Source: Okamejei kenojei (taxonomy: Eukaryota). Taken from it: DNA of 64,000 bases. A model generated the notes under the pieces. It had not been told where the DNA came from. It did no database searches and saw only the letters and a program-made list of their open reading frames with translations. The stretch is taken from NCBI GenBank assembly GCA_035221665.1, contig CM069153.1:33790001-33854000 (forward strand). The letters run 5' to 3'. Both the position numbers and the translations under genes were made by a program. How positions within the stretch are numbered: position 1 is the first letter of the stretch; each line of letters opens with the position of its first letter. Below are positions 26,531 to 39,169 of this stretch, in pieces.

Positions 26531-28688
26531 CTGTGGATTCCAAAGTTGCAAACCTGTCTGTAAACTAGGTTTTGTGAACAAATTTAAAATATAAGGTTTT
26601 TAATGCGTAGAGTAGCTCAATTAAATCAACACCCTGAAAAGCCTGATGCAAAATTTCTTACCTAAAGAGAGTCTTTATGCTCACATACTGTTGTAGATGC
26701 AAACATTGAGACAGTACCTGAGACAGCTCAAAGACACTTTGACCGACTGTTAATCCAAGCCACCTAGCTTAGCTGGCTGTCAAATCGTCAAGAAAATATA
26801 ATAACATTCAAGAACTATGAGAAATCAATCATAGAATTGTAAATGTAATTAAATTGTCAAACACTTTACAGAAACAAATATTTAACAAAGCTTAATTCTC
26901 TCACGGTAACATAAATTTCCAAATACCTTTGCCCCTCATCATTATCATCTCTCTGCATACAAATGATCAAGTGAGACAGGCGCAGTTTCCCCAGTAAAAA
27001 CTGCTGAGGAGATGCTGGAAATTCACAGTCTGCTGAGGAGTTCAACCTTAGAGCACTTTTGGTTAACAGAATGGCAAAGACTGACTCCCAAGTTTGGGAT
27101 TCCTGTGAATGTGTGCATGAACTACTGGCATATGAAGACTTTGAAGAAGCATCCCAACCTGAAATGTCACCTATCCATGTGTTCCAGAGATGCAGCCTGA
27201 CAGAGTCCAGAATGATGGGGTATAGACTTAGGATAAAAGGTTGACCATTTGTGACAGAGACAATGAGAAATCTATAAACTCAGAGGTTTGCGAATCATTA
27301 AAATTCTTCAGCAGGCTACAGACCCTCAGCCATTGGGTATCCTCAAGACTGAGAATGACAGATTCCTGGGATCAACTGAAAACTGATCAGGCTGGAAAGT
27401 GAAACGGTATTAAACCTTGATTTTCCTGGGTAAATGCCTGGCTCCTGTTTTCATCTTAAATTCTTATAGAATCTTGAATAATTTGTCCACTCACATATGT
27501 TCACTTGATTCAATGTATTTAACACAGGGGCATATCAGAAACAGGTAAGCACTGAAGTTAGGGCCACTAGCCTTTAGTACTCTGAAGCTGGCATTGTTCT
27601 CACATCAAAAGGAAGTCTATATGCTTTGTTGTTACACATTTATACTAATGACATCCTGTTCATTTTGTAGGCCCTCAAAATAAATAGGGCCTGTTCCTGA
27701 GATTCATCTTTTCCCCCATGCAATTCTTTTAAGCTCCTAAACTCTATTTATCATCTTTTGAACTAAAAGCAATCCAAAGGGTTTTGCAGCAGGGAGCCCG
27801 TCCGAAAGGTGGATTATCCAGTTAAAATACATTTAAGTTTTGTTTTAATTTAAAAAAAATTGGAATAATTTCTATTCTCAAATTCAGAGTCTCTTCAGAC
27901 ACACCTCAGAGTCACACATTACACATGCAATTTAGGTAAGTAGGTGTTCCCTTCTTTTGTTTGAATGCTTTTGTGATAAGCACTTAATTGTAACTTGCAG
28001 ACAGGCCAACCGATAATTATACACAATTACAAATGCGGTTGTAAATATCAGCCAGTCATATCATTGTACATTGTACTCTGGAAAGAGCAGAATGTGAGGA
28101 GGAGTGGGGGTAGGAGGTAGTTTTTATTTACCTTCTGTAAGAGTACAAGAAATAACATTAAAACTAGACCTATAAATTTCTATGTTAACATCAAAAATCT
28201 TTCAAACAAAGGATAGTGATTAACTAGAATTCTTTCTCAAAAATCTGGAGAGATGGGAGAGAAAATGTCCACATTAAGGATTGATAGATTGTTAAGGTAT
28301 GCAGAATAAAGACAGGTAGGTGAAATGAAGATATCCTGAAGACCCAACCTCCACTATTTATTCAAATATTCTCACTAATAACTTATGGTGGTACCTATCT
28401 CTTCATTTTCTTTGCTGAAACCCTAGACAGAGGTCAGCAACCACCATGGTGGCAAGGACCTGCCGAGGCCTCATCTCATCAATGTGCACTGAAGACCACC
28501 ATCTTCATGCACACATATGATAGATCCATTGAAGAAAAACTGCAAATTGGATGCTTCAATCAATGTCAAGTAAATTTGGCTGCATTGCCGAGTCGGTCTC
28601 TGTTTCAGACGAGAGACCTATAGGATGATATTTTCCTGTCTGCTGAAATTTGCAGCAATTTTGTTTTGAGGTTCAAGTTTACAGTATC

Positions 28689-28950
28689 TGAATTGAATTG
28701 AATTGAATTGAACACTTTATTGTCACATTTGACAAGTCACAGTGAGATTCTTTGCTTGCATGCCCAAGGTATGCAATAGTCCCCACATAAAGGGCGCTGA
28801 CAAAGTTACAAAGTATAGCATGCCAGGCCCAGCCTTGTTATTCCTCCACTCCCTCACAGTGGTCACCCCCACGCCGGGTCCTCCATTGTTTCTGGCAGCG
28901 CATCCTCCGGCTCTCACATGGCCTAGAGTGCCGGCGCCCTCAACGATCGT
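28689..28950 (-). mobile_element. Retroposon 3' end with (TTCAA)n tail (L2/Rex1-like)
   Basis: (gaatt)4 followed by actttattgtcacatttgacaagtcacagtgag, with a GC-richer body to about 28950. Confidence 0.65.
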
Positions 28951-29592
28951 TGCAGGATTTTCGCTGCTTATATCTGACCACTTATTTTTCTTTTGCCTTT
29001 ATACCCTCAATTATTCTACAGTACTACATGACATCATCAAGCTGGTAGGAGTTTATTGGGAATCCAACCCTTGTGTGAAAACTCACCTTATCCAACTTCA
29101 ATCTTTACCATAAAGCATGGGAAACACTCAGCGGATCAGGCAGCATCTGTGAATAGACAAGTAGAACTAATGTTTCAGTACTACAGCCTTTTGGCAGAAC
29201 TTAATTATGTCTCAGAACTGAAACATTAACCTGCTGAGCATGTACATCATTTTCTGTTTCATTTTATATTTCTAGCCTTTGAAATAACCTTTTACTTGAG
29301 ATCTTTACCAGTTCCTCACCTCTGGCCATCACTAACCTTACACATCTTTTTGTGGTTCAGAACGATGCCTGAAATATCAGAGAGGGTGAACTGTGATGGC
29401 AGATTAAGAGTTTAGCAGAACTGCAAAGATTATTGTTTCGGGAACTGCTAGATCTGTAAATTAAATTACCAATGAAGAATTGACGTTGAAAAATTCAACT
29501 TCCAATTTCGTTCTTTACTAGAAAATGCTGAAACATTCAACAAGTCAGGCAGCATCTGTGGAACCGCACATTTCAAAGTATGAACCAATGCT

Positions 29593-29752
29593 GGACACAA
29601 AGTGCTAGAGTACCTCAGCGGGCCAGACAGCATCCCTGGAGAACGTGGACAGTGATGTTTCTCCAGGGGTGCCGTCTGACCCGCTGAGTTACTCCAGCAC
29701 TTTTTGTCCTTCTTTGTAAACCAGCATCTGTATGTAGTTCCTTCTTTCCACA
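29593..29752. repeat. Fold-back pLTR-derived repeat
   Basis: ggacacaaagtgctagagtacctcagcgggccagacagcatccctggagaa is inverted with ttctccaggggtgccgtctgacccgctgagttactccagcactttttgtcc, with a spacer of about 15 nt. Confidence 0.8.
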
Positions 29753-29859
29753 CAATGAACCAATGTTACTGGGTTCACATAATTATTAACAATTGTGAAT
29801 TTAAAATCCTCCATATGTCTTGTGCCAGAATATTTGTTACCATATTCCATTGTAATACA

Positions 29860-29957
29860 ATTAATGTTCTTCAATATATGATACCTTGGGTATGCAAGCA
29901 AATAATTTCACCGTGACTTGTCACATGTGACAATAAAGTATTCAATTCAATTCAATT
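29860..29957 (+). mobile_element. Same retroposon 3' end in opposite orientation
   Basis: ataccttgggtatgcaagcaaataatttcaccgtgacttgtcacatgtgacaataaagta(ttcaa)3 is the reverse complement of 28695-28772. Confidence 0.7.
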
Positions 29958-30128
29958 TGCATATTATGTACCTTTTGGATAAACAATTTATGACAATCAA
30001 ATTGATTACCAAAATCTAATGGCCCTTTGACTAGCAGTTTATGAGCAACAGTGATCACCAACAGTTACAATTATGATACTGGATAACCATCAAATTCCTT
30101 GATTAAATGATATTTGGTTTTCTTTCAG

Positions 30129-30221
30129 GTTATAACCCTTGAGGGATGGGTTGACATCATGTATTTCGTTATGGATGCTCATTCCTTTTATAATTTCATC
30201 TACTTCATCCTGTTGATAATC
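30129..30221 (+). CDS. CACNA1G: CACNA1G exon (exon 7 equivalent): domain I selectivity filter and start of IS6
   Basis: tctttcag|GTTATAACC...ATAATC|gtaagt, 93 nt. Translates to [36 protein letters not shown] is the Cav3.1 form; Cav3.2 and Cav3.3 have YYVMD. Confidence 0.97.
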
Positions 30222-30314
30222 GTAAGTATTCTATGTTATTTTGTGATGTAGGCATCATTGGTGGCTGATATTTACTATATTTCCTGAAAATAAATTCATA
30301 GCTTTATAAAGTAA

Positions 30315-31800
30315 AATAGCATGGAAATAAGCTGCCTAATCCCATTTGCCTGCGTTCGGTCCAAATCACTCTGTCCTAATGTCTTTCAAACATTGCAATT
30401 GTACCTGCTTCTCTCACCTCCTCTTGTTCCATATTCCCACCGCCCTCTGTGTGAAAAATCTGCCCCTCAGATTTCCTTTGGAAACATAGAAAATAGGTGC
30501 AGGAGTAGGCCATTTGGCCCTTCTAGCCAACACCGCCATTCAATATGATCATGGCTGATCATCCAAAATCAGTACCCCGTTCCTGCTTTCTCCTCATATC
30601 CCTTGATTCTAAGTGAATTGGTCTCCACTGCCTTCTGTGGCAGAGAAATCCACAGATTCACAACTATCTGGGTGAAAAAGTTTTTCCTCATCTCAGTCCT
30701 AAATGGACTACCCCTTATGCTTAAACTGTGACCCCTGGTTCTGGACATCCCCAACATCAGGAACATTTTTCCTGCATCTAGCCTGTCAAATCCCTTAAGA
30801 TTTTTTTATATTTCTATAAGATCCTCTGTCATCCGTCTAAATTCCAGTGAATAAAAGCCCAGTCAATCAATTCTTAAAACTTTTCCCTATCACAAACGTT
30901 TTAGTCCCTCTAGTTTTAGACACTTCTACTCTGAGAGAAAGACTGTAACTATATACCCTATCAATGCCCCCCACATTTATTAACCTATATAGGGATCACC
31001 TCTCAGTCTCCTTTGCTCCAAGGAAAACAGTCCCAGCCTATCAGACCATTCCTTATAACTACAGCTCTCCAAACCCGGCAACATCCTGGTGATTCTTTTG
31101 TACACCCTCTCTAGCTTATTCACATCATTCATATAGCGTGGCGACCAGATCTGCGCACAATACTCAAAGTGCAGGCTAATCATTGATTTGTATAGTTGTA
31201 ACATGATGTCCTAATTCTAAAAATCAAAGCCTCAGCCAACGAAGGGAAGCGTGCCAGATGCCTTCCTCGCAACTCTGCTCACCTGTATCACCACTTCCAT
31301 GGACCTATATACTTGTATCCCAAGATCTTGCTATTCATTAACACTACCCAGGGTCCTGCCATTCACTGTTCATATCTTGGCCTTGTTCAACTTACCAAAA
31401 TCAATCACTTTGCACTTGTCAGAGACAAATTTGTCAGCCATTTCCTTGCCCACTTTTCCAATTGATTCAGATCTGGTTTTGATGAACATTGCCTACATGG
31501 ACTTCAGCAAGGACTTAAACAAGGTGGCATGATAGGCTGGTCCAGAAGATTAAAATACATGGGAACCAGGATGAGATGGTAAATTGGATACAAAATTGGT
31601 TTGGCTATGGGAGGCAGATGTTGGCAGTGGAGGGTTGCTTTTCAGTTCCGAGATAGTGATGTGCCACAGGAATGGATGCAAAGTCCTTTATACTTCCTCC
31701 TGTATATTAATGATTTGGAGAGGGTGTAGGTGGGTTGATTCTTAAGTTTGTAGATGGCACAAAAATCAGTGATATAGTGAACAACACAGAAGCTTGTCAA
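30315..31800 (-). mobile_element. CR1-type LINE with inverted 5' segment (about 31470-31800) and a nested second CR1 tail
   Basis: Minus ORF 30980-31204 (LYKSMISLHFEYCAQIWSP...LFSLEQRRLRGD). The plus-strand segment carries IAYMDFSK and KFVD remnants. Confidence 0.82.
30481..30873 (-). mobile_element. Younger CR1 3' fragment nested in an older CR1
   Basis: Starts with the tail gaaacatagaaaataggtgcaggagtaggcc. Minus ORF SRTRGHSL..RKNFFTQIVVNLW. The host sequence resumes at about 30874. Confidence 0.8.
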
Positions 31801-32559
31801 TCCTCTTGGTCAGATCCTTAAAAAATCAAATCAAATTTGTGAGACATGATATTGCACAAACAAGATCCATCGCCTTCTGTGCCTGAATGTTGTATTTCAT
31901 ATTCCCAGTATTCACTGTTTTTTTCATCTAATACGTTCAGGTAACTATTATCCCACATACATCGTCTACGACTGATCTTGAAAATCTCTCTATCGGCCTA
32001 TTTCACCTTGCCCTATTATTTTTGTCATTAAATTACGTCTTACTCATCACATCACAGAGCTTTGCTTTTGCCACTCCTTTCCCCATTCTCTGTAAGTTAA
32101 AACTTGTTTCATTTGTAAATAAAAAATAAATAAATACAAGAGCAGTTCTGTTGAAAGAACATTGATCTGAAACTTTACTGCTGAATATTATGACCATTTT
32201 GTTTTTTTTCCAGTTTTAATGCACCTGCGGTATTTTTTTAAAGTAAGGTAGAAGAAACCTCCATTATTTTAATCAAATATGATGGATGCCAATTTATAAT
32301 ACTAATGGTGGAAAAAAGCATGTCACATCGGATGAGAGTTAAGGCAACCAATTGTCCTCTTTTCTTTCGCATTCTCACTCTGAACTACTCCAAACATTTA
32401 TTTTAACTGCTCTGAAGCCTCATCCTTTTACATCCCATTGATTCCAGCTCGACAATTTTCAAATTGACTGTGTCAGAATTGTTGTGCAATCTTAACAACC
32501 TGGGTCACTGGATTTGAGTGCATCTTTTAACTATGCCTTTCCCATATTTTTCATTCCAG

Positions 32560-33391
32560 GTTGGATCATTTTTTATGATCAATTTATGTCTAGTTGTCAT
32601 AGCAACCCAGTTTTCTGAAACCAAGCAACGTGAAAGCCAACTGATGAAGGAGCAGCGAGTTCGCTTCATGTCCAACGCAAGCACGCTGGCCAGTTTTTCT
32701 GAACCAGGGAGCTGCTACGATGAGCTCTTAAAGTACATTGGCCACATGCTGCGGAAGGCCAAGCGTGAGGCCGTGCGCGTTTGCTATGTCGTGGTGGCCA
32801 GAAGGGGAGCGCAGTTTGCCAACAGGAGCGGGCCGCACCCACAGCCACGCAAGCGGCGGAAGCGGAAACGAGCAGGGTCTGTCCATCACCTAATTCACCA
32901 CCATCACCATCACCACCATTACCACGTGAGCAATGGAACCCCGCGGGCACCACCAGCCAGCCCAGAAATCAGCAATGTGGAAACCAACTCTGCACACAAT
33001 GGTGGCAACAGACTAATCGTGCTGCCCTCACCTCTGTCCAGTCTGCATTCCCCCCCTCCTCCTCCATCGCCTACCACTGCCACTCCTGGCAATACTGAGT
33101 CTGTCCACAGCATCTACCATGCCAACTGTCACATTGAGCCGATCCAATGCAAATCGTCCCTCATGCAAGACGTAGGCTTGATACCCCCAGATGCACTCCA
33201 GAAGAATTTGGATATCAAAAGCTACCCAACAGTGCACCCCAGCTCCCCACATCAGGTGATCAATCTGAACACCAAAGGTGAGAAGACACTTAAAGATGCA
33301 ACATTGAATCCTGATGGCACAAAGGCAAATCTCAACATCCCAGCCGGACCATACCGGAAGATGCATCGACTCCTGGAAACACAAAGTGCCG
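32560..33391 (+). CDS. CACNA1G: CACNA1G exon (exon 8 equivalent): IS6, gating brake, His-rich I-II loop
   Basis: cattccag|GTTGGATCA...AGTGCCG|gtgagt, 832 nt. Translates to VGSFFMINLCLVVIATQFSETKQRESQLM...EPGSCYDELLKY...HHHHHHHHYH...ESVHSIYHANCH...LLETQSA. Confidence 0.97.
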
Positions 33392-33864
33392 GTGAGTGAC
33401 CCAATCCAAAGGAGAATTTCCATTGCCATTACCACAGTGCATTGTACATATGCAGGTGCTTTGTCAAAACCATCTATTTAGAAACTAGACATTTTTTCTA
33501 AGTACCATCTTTTGTTGTGAATTGCCTCATATCTTTTGGGAATTGCCATAATACCAGGTAACATGTCTTAAAAGTGTGAATAGAAAATGAAAATGAACAG
33601 TAATGAAGCAAATCACCCATTAGGCGCCTTCCTGATATTCAATTCTATTGGCTTCTACAGAACAGAATATTGGGCCTGAGTAATAGGCAGCTGAGTTAAT
33701 ATCTCAGGTTTAATTTAGCCATTTTCTGTCCTGAATAGTATAGAGAAAAAAGCAAATCAAAGCCATGCTAACATTGACTTTTGCAGAGATTGAAACAAAG
33801 GAGTTAGAAATTGTGGAGAAGCGCCTTCTTCTCTGCACTATTTTCAAGTTGTCCATGTCAAAGA

Positions 33865-34230
33865 ATTGAGTTTGAGTTTAGTTTATTGTCACAAGTGCTG
33901 AGGCACAGTAAAAAGCTTTTGTTGCGTGCCCACCAGTCAGTGGAAAGACAATACATGATTACATCAAGCCATCCACAGTGTACAGATACATGTGAAAGGG
34001 AACAACGTGAATAGAGTTTAGTGCAAGATTAAGCTAATAAATTCCAATCAAAGATTGTCCAGGGGTCTCCAATGAGGTAGATAGTAGTTCAGAACTGCTC
34101 TCTAGCTACGGTGGGATGATTCAGTTGCCAGCTAGGAAAAGCTGTCCCTGAATCTGGAGCCGTACGTTTTCACATTGCTTTAAATTTTGCCTGATAGAAG
34201 AGGGAGGAAGACGGAGCGCCCAGGGTGCAA
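33865..34230 (-). mobile_element. L2/Rex1-type LINE 3' fragment
   Basis: (tttgag)n tail, then tttattgtcac...aaaagcttttgttgcgtgc, then aaaagctgtccctgaatctggag. A related + strand tail lies at 56180-56380. Confidence 0.6.
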
Positions 34231-37031
34231 CTGTTTCTCAATCTTAGCAATCCTGAAAAACTGAAAAACTCTTTCTGAATGGAATCTTCTGGCCAGAAAT
34301 AAAAACACTGGTCTCCCCATCTGAGCTGGAAAATAGTCAGTTGCTCCATACTGTTTGTTTAGAGCACTCAAGAAAAACTGATTGGAAACGTTTCACAATC
34401 AGTACCCCATATGGTACAATCAATTATTTCACTTTGCAGACTGTTGCCCATCCGGAAAACATAAGTAATTTCTGCTCTTATTTACAGTTCTGTGTAAAGG
34501 CCAATAAGCCAGTAGTCTAAAACTTTAAGGTAGACAAAAATGCTGGAGAAACTTAAACTTTGCTAGCTTTTGTTTTGGAGTAGTTTTCATAATGGGATCG
34601 CCCGATCTTTCTCACTTGTCTATTCCACTTTATCTTGGTTTTCCACTTACCAAATGAGACAAGGTATGATCCATTGCAGGTTTGTTTGTCTGTGGATTGG
34701 ACCAATACCAGACCTTTAAATTTTGTCTGATTAACTTTTGGTTGATTAACTGCATTTACCTACTCGCCTATTGATGATTACTATTCTTCTCCTTTCTGGG
34801 CACCTAACCTTGCCAATATATCTGCTTATACATGTGCTTTCAATTTAATTGTACCATGTTCTCTTTGTTGGGCTTCCTGAATGAGGTGTTTGAGAAAAGA
34901 TGCAGATAATAAAGGTTTCCTGTCCATTGATACTAAAACGCCATGCTTCTCATAGTGGCAAAAAGGTCATTTAGGAGGTTGCATACGTACTGTCTGAGTA
35001 TAAGTCGACTGATGGGAGGAAAAAAGTGGCTGGCCACATTTGCTACTGCTGCTTGTTCAGCATTCTGAGCGCTCATTTTTGCTGGCAGTTTCAAAACTAT
35101 CTCTGCTAGGGATGTGCCCCGATAGTTTCTACATAAATGTCTCATCCTGTGTTCTTTGGTTGCATCAACCATCCTAGAAACTATCTCAACAAAAAAAATT
35201 AAAGAGATATCTGCATTTTTATTTCGTTAACAGTTTGTCTGCTGTCCTCACTATTCCCTGCACCATGTAATTGTTCTCCCTGCAGCCTTCCCCAATTTTG
35301 TTTCAGCACAGGTGGTCACAACACTTGTTGCTAGTTTTCCAGTGTAGTTAAGATTATCTTTAAAAACAATACAATTGCATCAAAACAATTTTTCTAAAGG
35401 AGCATTAAAACTCAAAATCGGCATGACAGAAATGTTGTGCTAAATCTTTAACAATCTCCTGAAAAAGCAAAAAAATCTTGTTAGCAGAAATAACTTCAAG
35501 GATTGAAAGTTGTGTTATTTATTATCCTTTCTTTCCGCTTCATAGTATACTATTTATGGAACCAGAAACAAGGGACAGAAATGTGTGGGGGTTTGCAATT
35601 AGTTGCCCGATTGCAGTTGTTAAATGAGCCACCAAATGATATCAGAGACACCCATGCAGCTTCCTGGATGTTTCACAGCAAAGCACCCAATCAAAATCTC
35701 ACCCCCACAAACCTTGTGCTGCATTCTTGCACAGTGCTTAAAGCAAGGAATCAAGCTATTTGGCACAACTGATATACACTGCTATTTCTGCTCCAGTTGA
35801 GTCTTCTCCAACTCTTATTTTGTCTATCCTTATCAATATATACATGTCCACATGATTACAAGAATATATTTTAAATCTGAAAATTAAGGTGCATTTAGTT
35901 CCAGATATAATGGTATTAGCATTGTAATGGTGCTCTAAGACATGTTGGTTTCTGCCAGAGGATGTCGTTGAAGCAGATACAATTGCAATATTTAAAAAGC
36001 ATTTGGATATGGACTCAGATAGAAATGACATAGAGAGATGCAAGCCTAATACGGGGATCTTAAGGGGATTAGTGTAGTTAAGTATCACAGACGACGTGGA
36101 TGAATGAAGTGACCTGAAAGGGCCCATTTCTGTGCAGTTATGATTCTATGTGTATATGCCGATCGATATGATGCATTGGAGACAGTTTGTCCAGATTATT
36201 AATTTCTCTTAATTTACTTTATTTTTCTGACTGCATTCTTTATTTCCATCCTTTGAAATATTCATGGTATAGTTTCCAACTACAGCAGAGACGAGCTCTC
36301 ATTTTGTAAAACTGTGGGGCATGGGTTGGTCTACAATAGGCTAATCTCTTCTCTCAAGAATTAGTCCAGTAATCTTTTTTGTATTAAATGCTTCATTTGA
36401 TAGTGAGTCCAAATCTGTAAATGGTACTCCAGGTGTAATCTTACCATGACCTGATCTAATCACATTCTTTTTTGCAGCAAAGAGTAACATAAAGTTTTGT
36501 ACTCTGATGACTTGCTATTCTAGCCTTTCTGTGATTTGTATATGCGAATTTCCAAAGATTCTCCATGTACCAGTATTTTACAGAAACTCGCCATTTTAAA
36601 AAACTTTGTATTTCTATGTTGTGTAACAAAAGTGGATAAGCTTTCTAGGATTATCGCAATCGATCAAGACAATCCCACCCACGCTTATCAAGAAATAAAA
36701 TTAGGTCTAAATTTAAGATATCCTAAATCTAGGATAGTTTTGAACAAAACAATTTTGGGATTATCTTGATTCAATTACAAAATAACACAATCTATCATTC
36801 CAGCAGTAAATTATCTTAGTTGGAAAAGAGAAAAAAAAGAGTCTTTTACATGCAATTAACTCAATAAACTCTGCTGCTTTTTCAGTATATTTTGACAGCA
36901 AATTATTCAATGTGAAAGGAGAAAGATTTGTACATTACAAATGTATTACATGCTTTCAGTTAGTCTTTTGAGTATTATACTTAGCTAAGAAGCACTGTTT
37001 GTGCTACCAAATGAAAAGAGATTTTGCTTAA

Positions 37032-37256
37032 AGGGCCTGTTCCACTTTCACGACCTAATTCATGACCTCTGCCGATTTTGCCCTTGACATATTCGCAGCA
37101 TGGTCGTCACGAGGTCATAGGAGGTTGTAGGAGGCTGTGATGCTCGTCATAGGTACTCGGAGCATCAAGTAGGTCGTGGGCGTTTTTCTAGCATGATGAA
37201 AAATGTCCACGAGTAAAAAAGGTTGTGAATTAGGTCGTGAAAGTGGGACAGGCCCT
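37032..37256. mobile_element. PIF/Harbinger-type MITE, subfamily C
   Basis: TIRs agggcctgttccactttcacgacctaattca and tgaattaggtcgtgaaagtgggacaggccct. TSD TAA at 37029-37031 and 37257-37259. Confidence 0.88.
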
Positions 37257-37529
37257 TAACTGTGTTGATTGGTAACCCATTTAAAAACAGTACAAGATAG
37301 AAAAACAAAAGAGTGTGCATGTGAACAGGAATAAGAATTCATATTACAGGTTGATACAGCAACTTTTAATCCCATGAAATATCATCAATTGAAAAAGTTA
37401 AATTGTTCATCTGAATGTTTATGGTGTTTTAGGAATTTGTTTTGAGTTTTTTTTGCATTTTGTTTTCTACATTCCTTTTTTTCAAAATAAATAGACCAAA
37501 TGTGATTTTCTTTACTCCCCTACCTGCAG

Positions 37530-37900
37530 GCCCTTGTAAAGGATCCTGCAAATTGTCTGGTCACTGCTTACCTTATAGCTCTCCCAGTGGAACAGCCGAC
37601 ATTCTGAACTGCGATCCACAGAGCTGTCCCATCTGCATCAGGGGCAATGAATCCAAGATGACGGACAATGAGACGTTGGATTCAGAGAGTGAGGGTGTGT
37701 ATGAGTTCACCCAGGATGCTCAGTACAATGACCAACGAGATCCTCAACGCAAGCAACCCAGAACAAAGAAATGCTGGGCATTTTGGAACTTGATCTGCAA
37801 CACCTGTCGCAAAATTGTTGACAGCAAATATTTTGGTCGTGGAATAATGATTGCTATTCTCATCAACACACTAAGCATGGGAATTGAATACCATGAACAG
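37530..37900 (+). CDS. CACNA1G: CACNA1G exon (exon 9 equivalent): distal I-II loop and IIS1
   Basis: cctgcag|GCCCTTGT...CATGAACAG|gtaggg, 371 nt. Translates to ...[19 protein letters not shown]...[30 protein letters not shown]. Confidence 0.96.
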
Positions 37901-38183
37901 GTAGGGCAGAATAAGTTACTCAAAACTCACCTTGTTAATTTTTTATCTTTGCAATGTATTTAAAGTATTAAGAGTCTTTTTGCTGTTCCATTTCAGTGCT
38001 AAGTTCTGGAAATTCGATGATAGATTGAGCACAATGTTATGTATATATAGTGTCAAGAAAGCCTCTTTGGAGAAAAGGCTCGGAGGAGCGACATACAAAA
38101 CAGATGAAAGGAATATGTCCAACTCTAAGCAAACGATTAGAAATGAAAATCTTTTAAGCAGATATTTAAAAATCTAAAGTGTA

Positions 38184-38258
38184 GAACTGCAGATGCTGGT
38201 TTAAATCGAAGGTAGACACAAAATGCTGGAGTAACTCAGCGGGACAGGCAGTGTCTGG
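38184..38258 (-). repeat. pLTR-derived short repeat fragment
   Basis: agaactgcagatgctggtttaaatcgaaggtagacacaaaatgctggagtaactcagcgggacaggc, the same family as 25-141 and 25260-25392. Confidence 0.75.
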
Positions 38259-38602
38259 TTTGAGGATTTAGGATATAAAGTTGGACCAGTCAGCATTCAG
38301 GCCCGGCACAATATATTTTGTTTCCCACATACAACTAAGATTGAAATCAGACAGGTATAGGTTGATAGGCGGTACAGACATGTGGTGCAGGTTGAACACC
38401 ATTTTCCGATACCATTGGTTCCAGAGTCTTTCTGGATTATCTGTTAATCCGGGTCAGCAGAGGTCACATTTTAAAGAAACAACAATACGCCCTTTGCCCA
38501 CTAATGACACCCCTCCCGTGTGTGTCTAAAGCACCATGGAGCGCCAGAAACTTAAAAACAAAACAAATATAAAATGTAAACCGAATGTGAATGTAATGAC
38601 CT

Positions 38603-38680
38603 GGGGGGGGGGGAGGGGGGCGTGGGGGGGAGGGGAGCGTGGGGGGAGGGGGGAGGGGGAAGCGGGGAGTGGGGGTGGGG
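38603..38680 (+). other. G-run cluster with G-quadruplex potential
   Basis: About ten G4-G11 runs with 1-5 nt loops in the sense strand of intron 9. Confidence 0.7.
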
Positions 38681-39169
38681 AAGAGTAGACGGGTAAACAA
38701 AGAAGAAGCCAGGGATTGATCGGCAGATCATTGCATTCGCATTCAGTTTACAATGCCATCTGAGGCAGCTCAGGCAATTTCAACTGAGCTCTCGTAATTT
38801 TGTACGGATTATAGGGAGAGGGGGTGGGGAGGTGGACCATCAGTTGCCGGAAAATTAGTGTTCGACCTGTACTGTCTGTTTTCATTCTGCAAGCAGGTAT
38901 AACTTAATCTGAAAACAGGAATACTGTGATTTCTAATGGCAGTTGATGACAAATTAGGAAGTGTGTAAAGGAATACATAAACAGAGGTTGAATTTATGTT
39001 TGAATGCTCGTACATTGTGATCGAGCTGACATCAATCCCAGGCACCAAACTTACTTTTAGGATCAACTCTCTACTTTCCTGTTTGAATTCTTAGACTAAG
39101 TTAGTAATTGCTCTATTTCAGAACAGTCTTTGAACATTTTGTTTGAGTCGGGAATCAAGCAGGAATACT

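Noticed and set aside
32666-33435. Antisense and alternate-frame ORFs over exon 8
   Set aside because: Shadow ORFs of a GC-rich coding exon, with no independent signals.
38527-38547. RE1/NRSE-like motif aaagcaccatggagcgcc
   Set aside because: It lacks the TTC start and the conserved A of GGA(C/G)AG; too degenerate to call.
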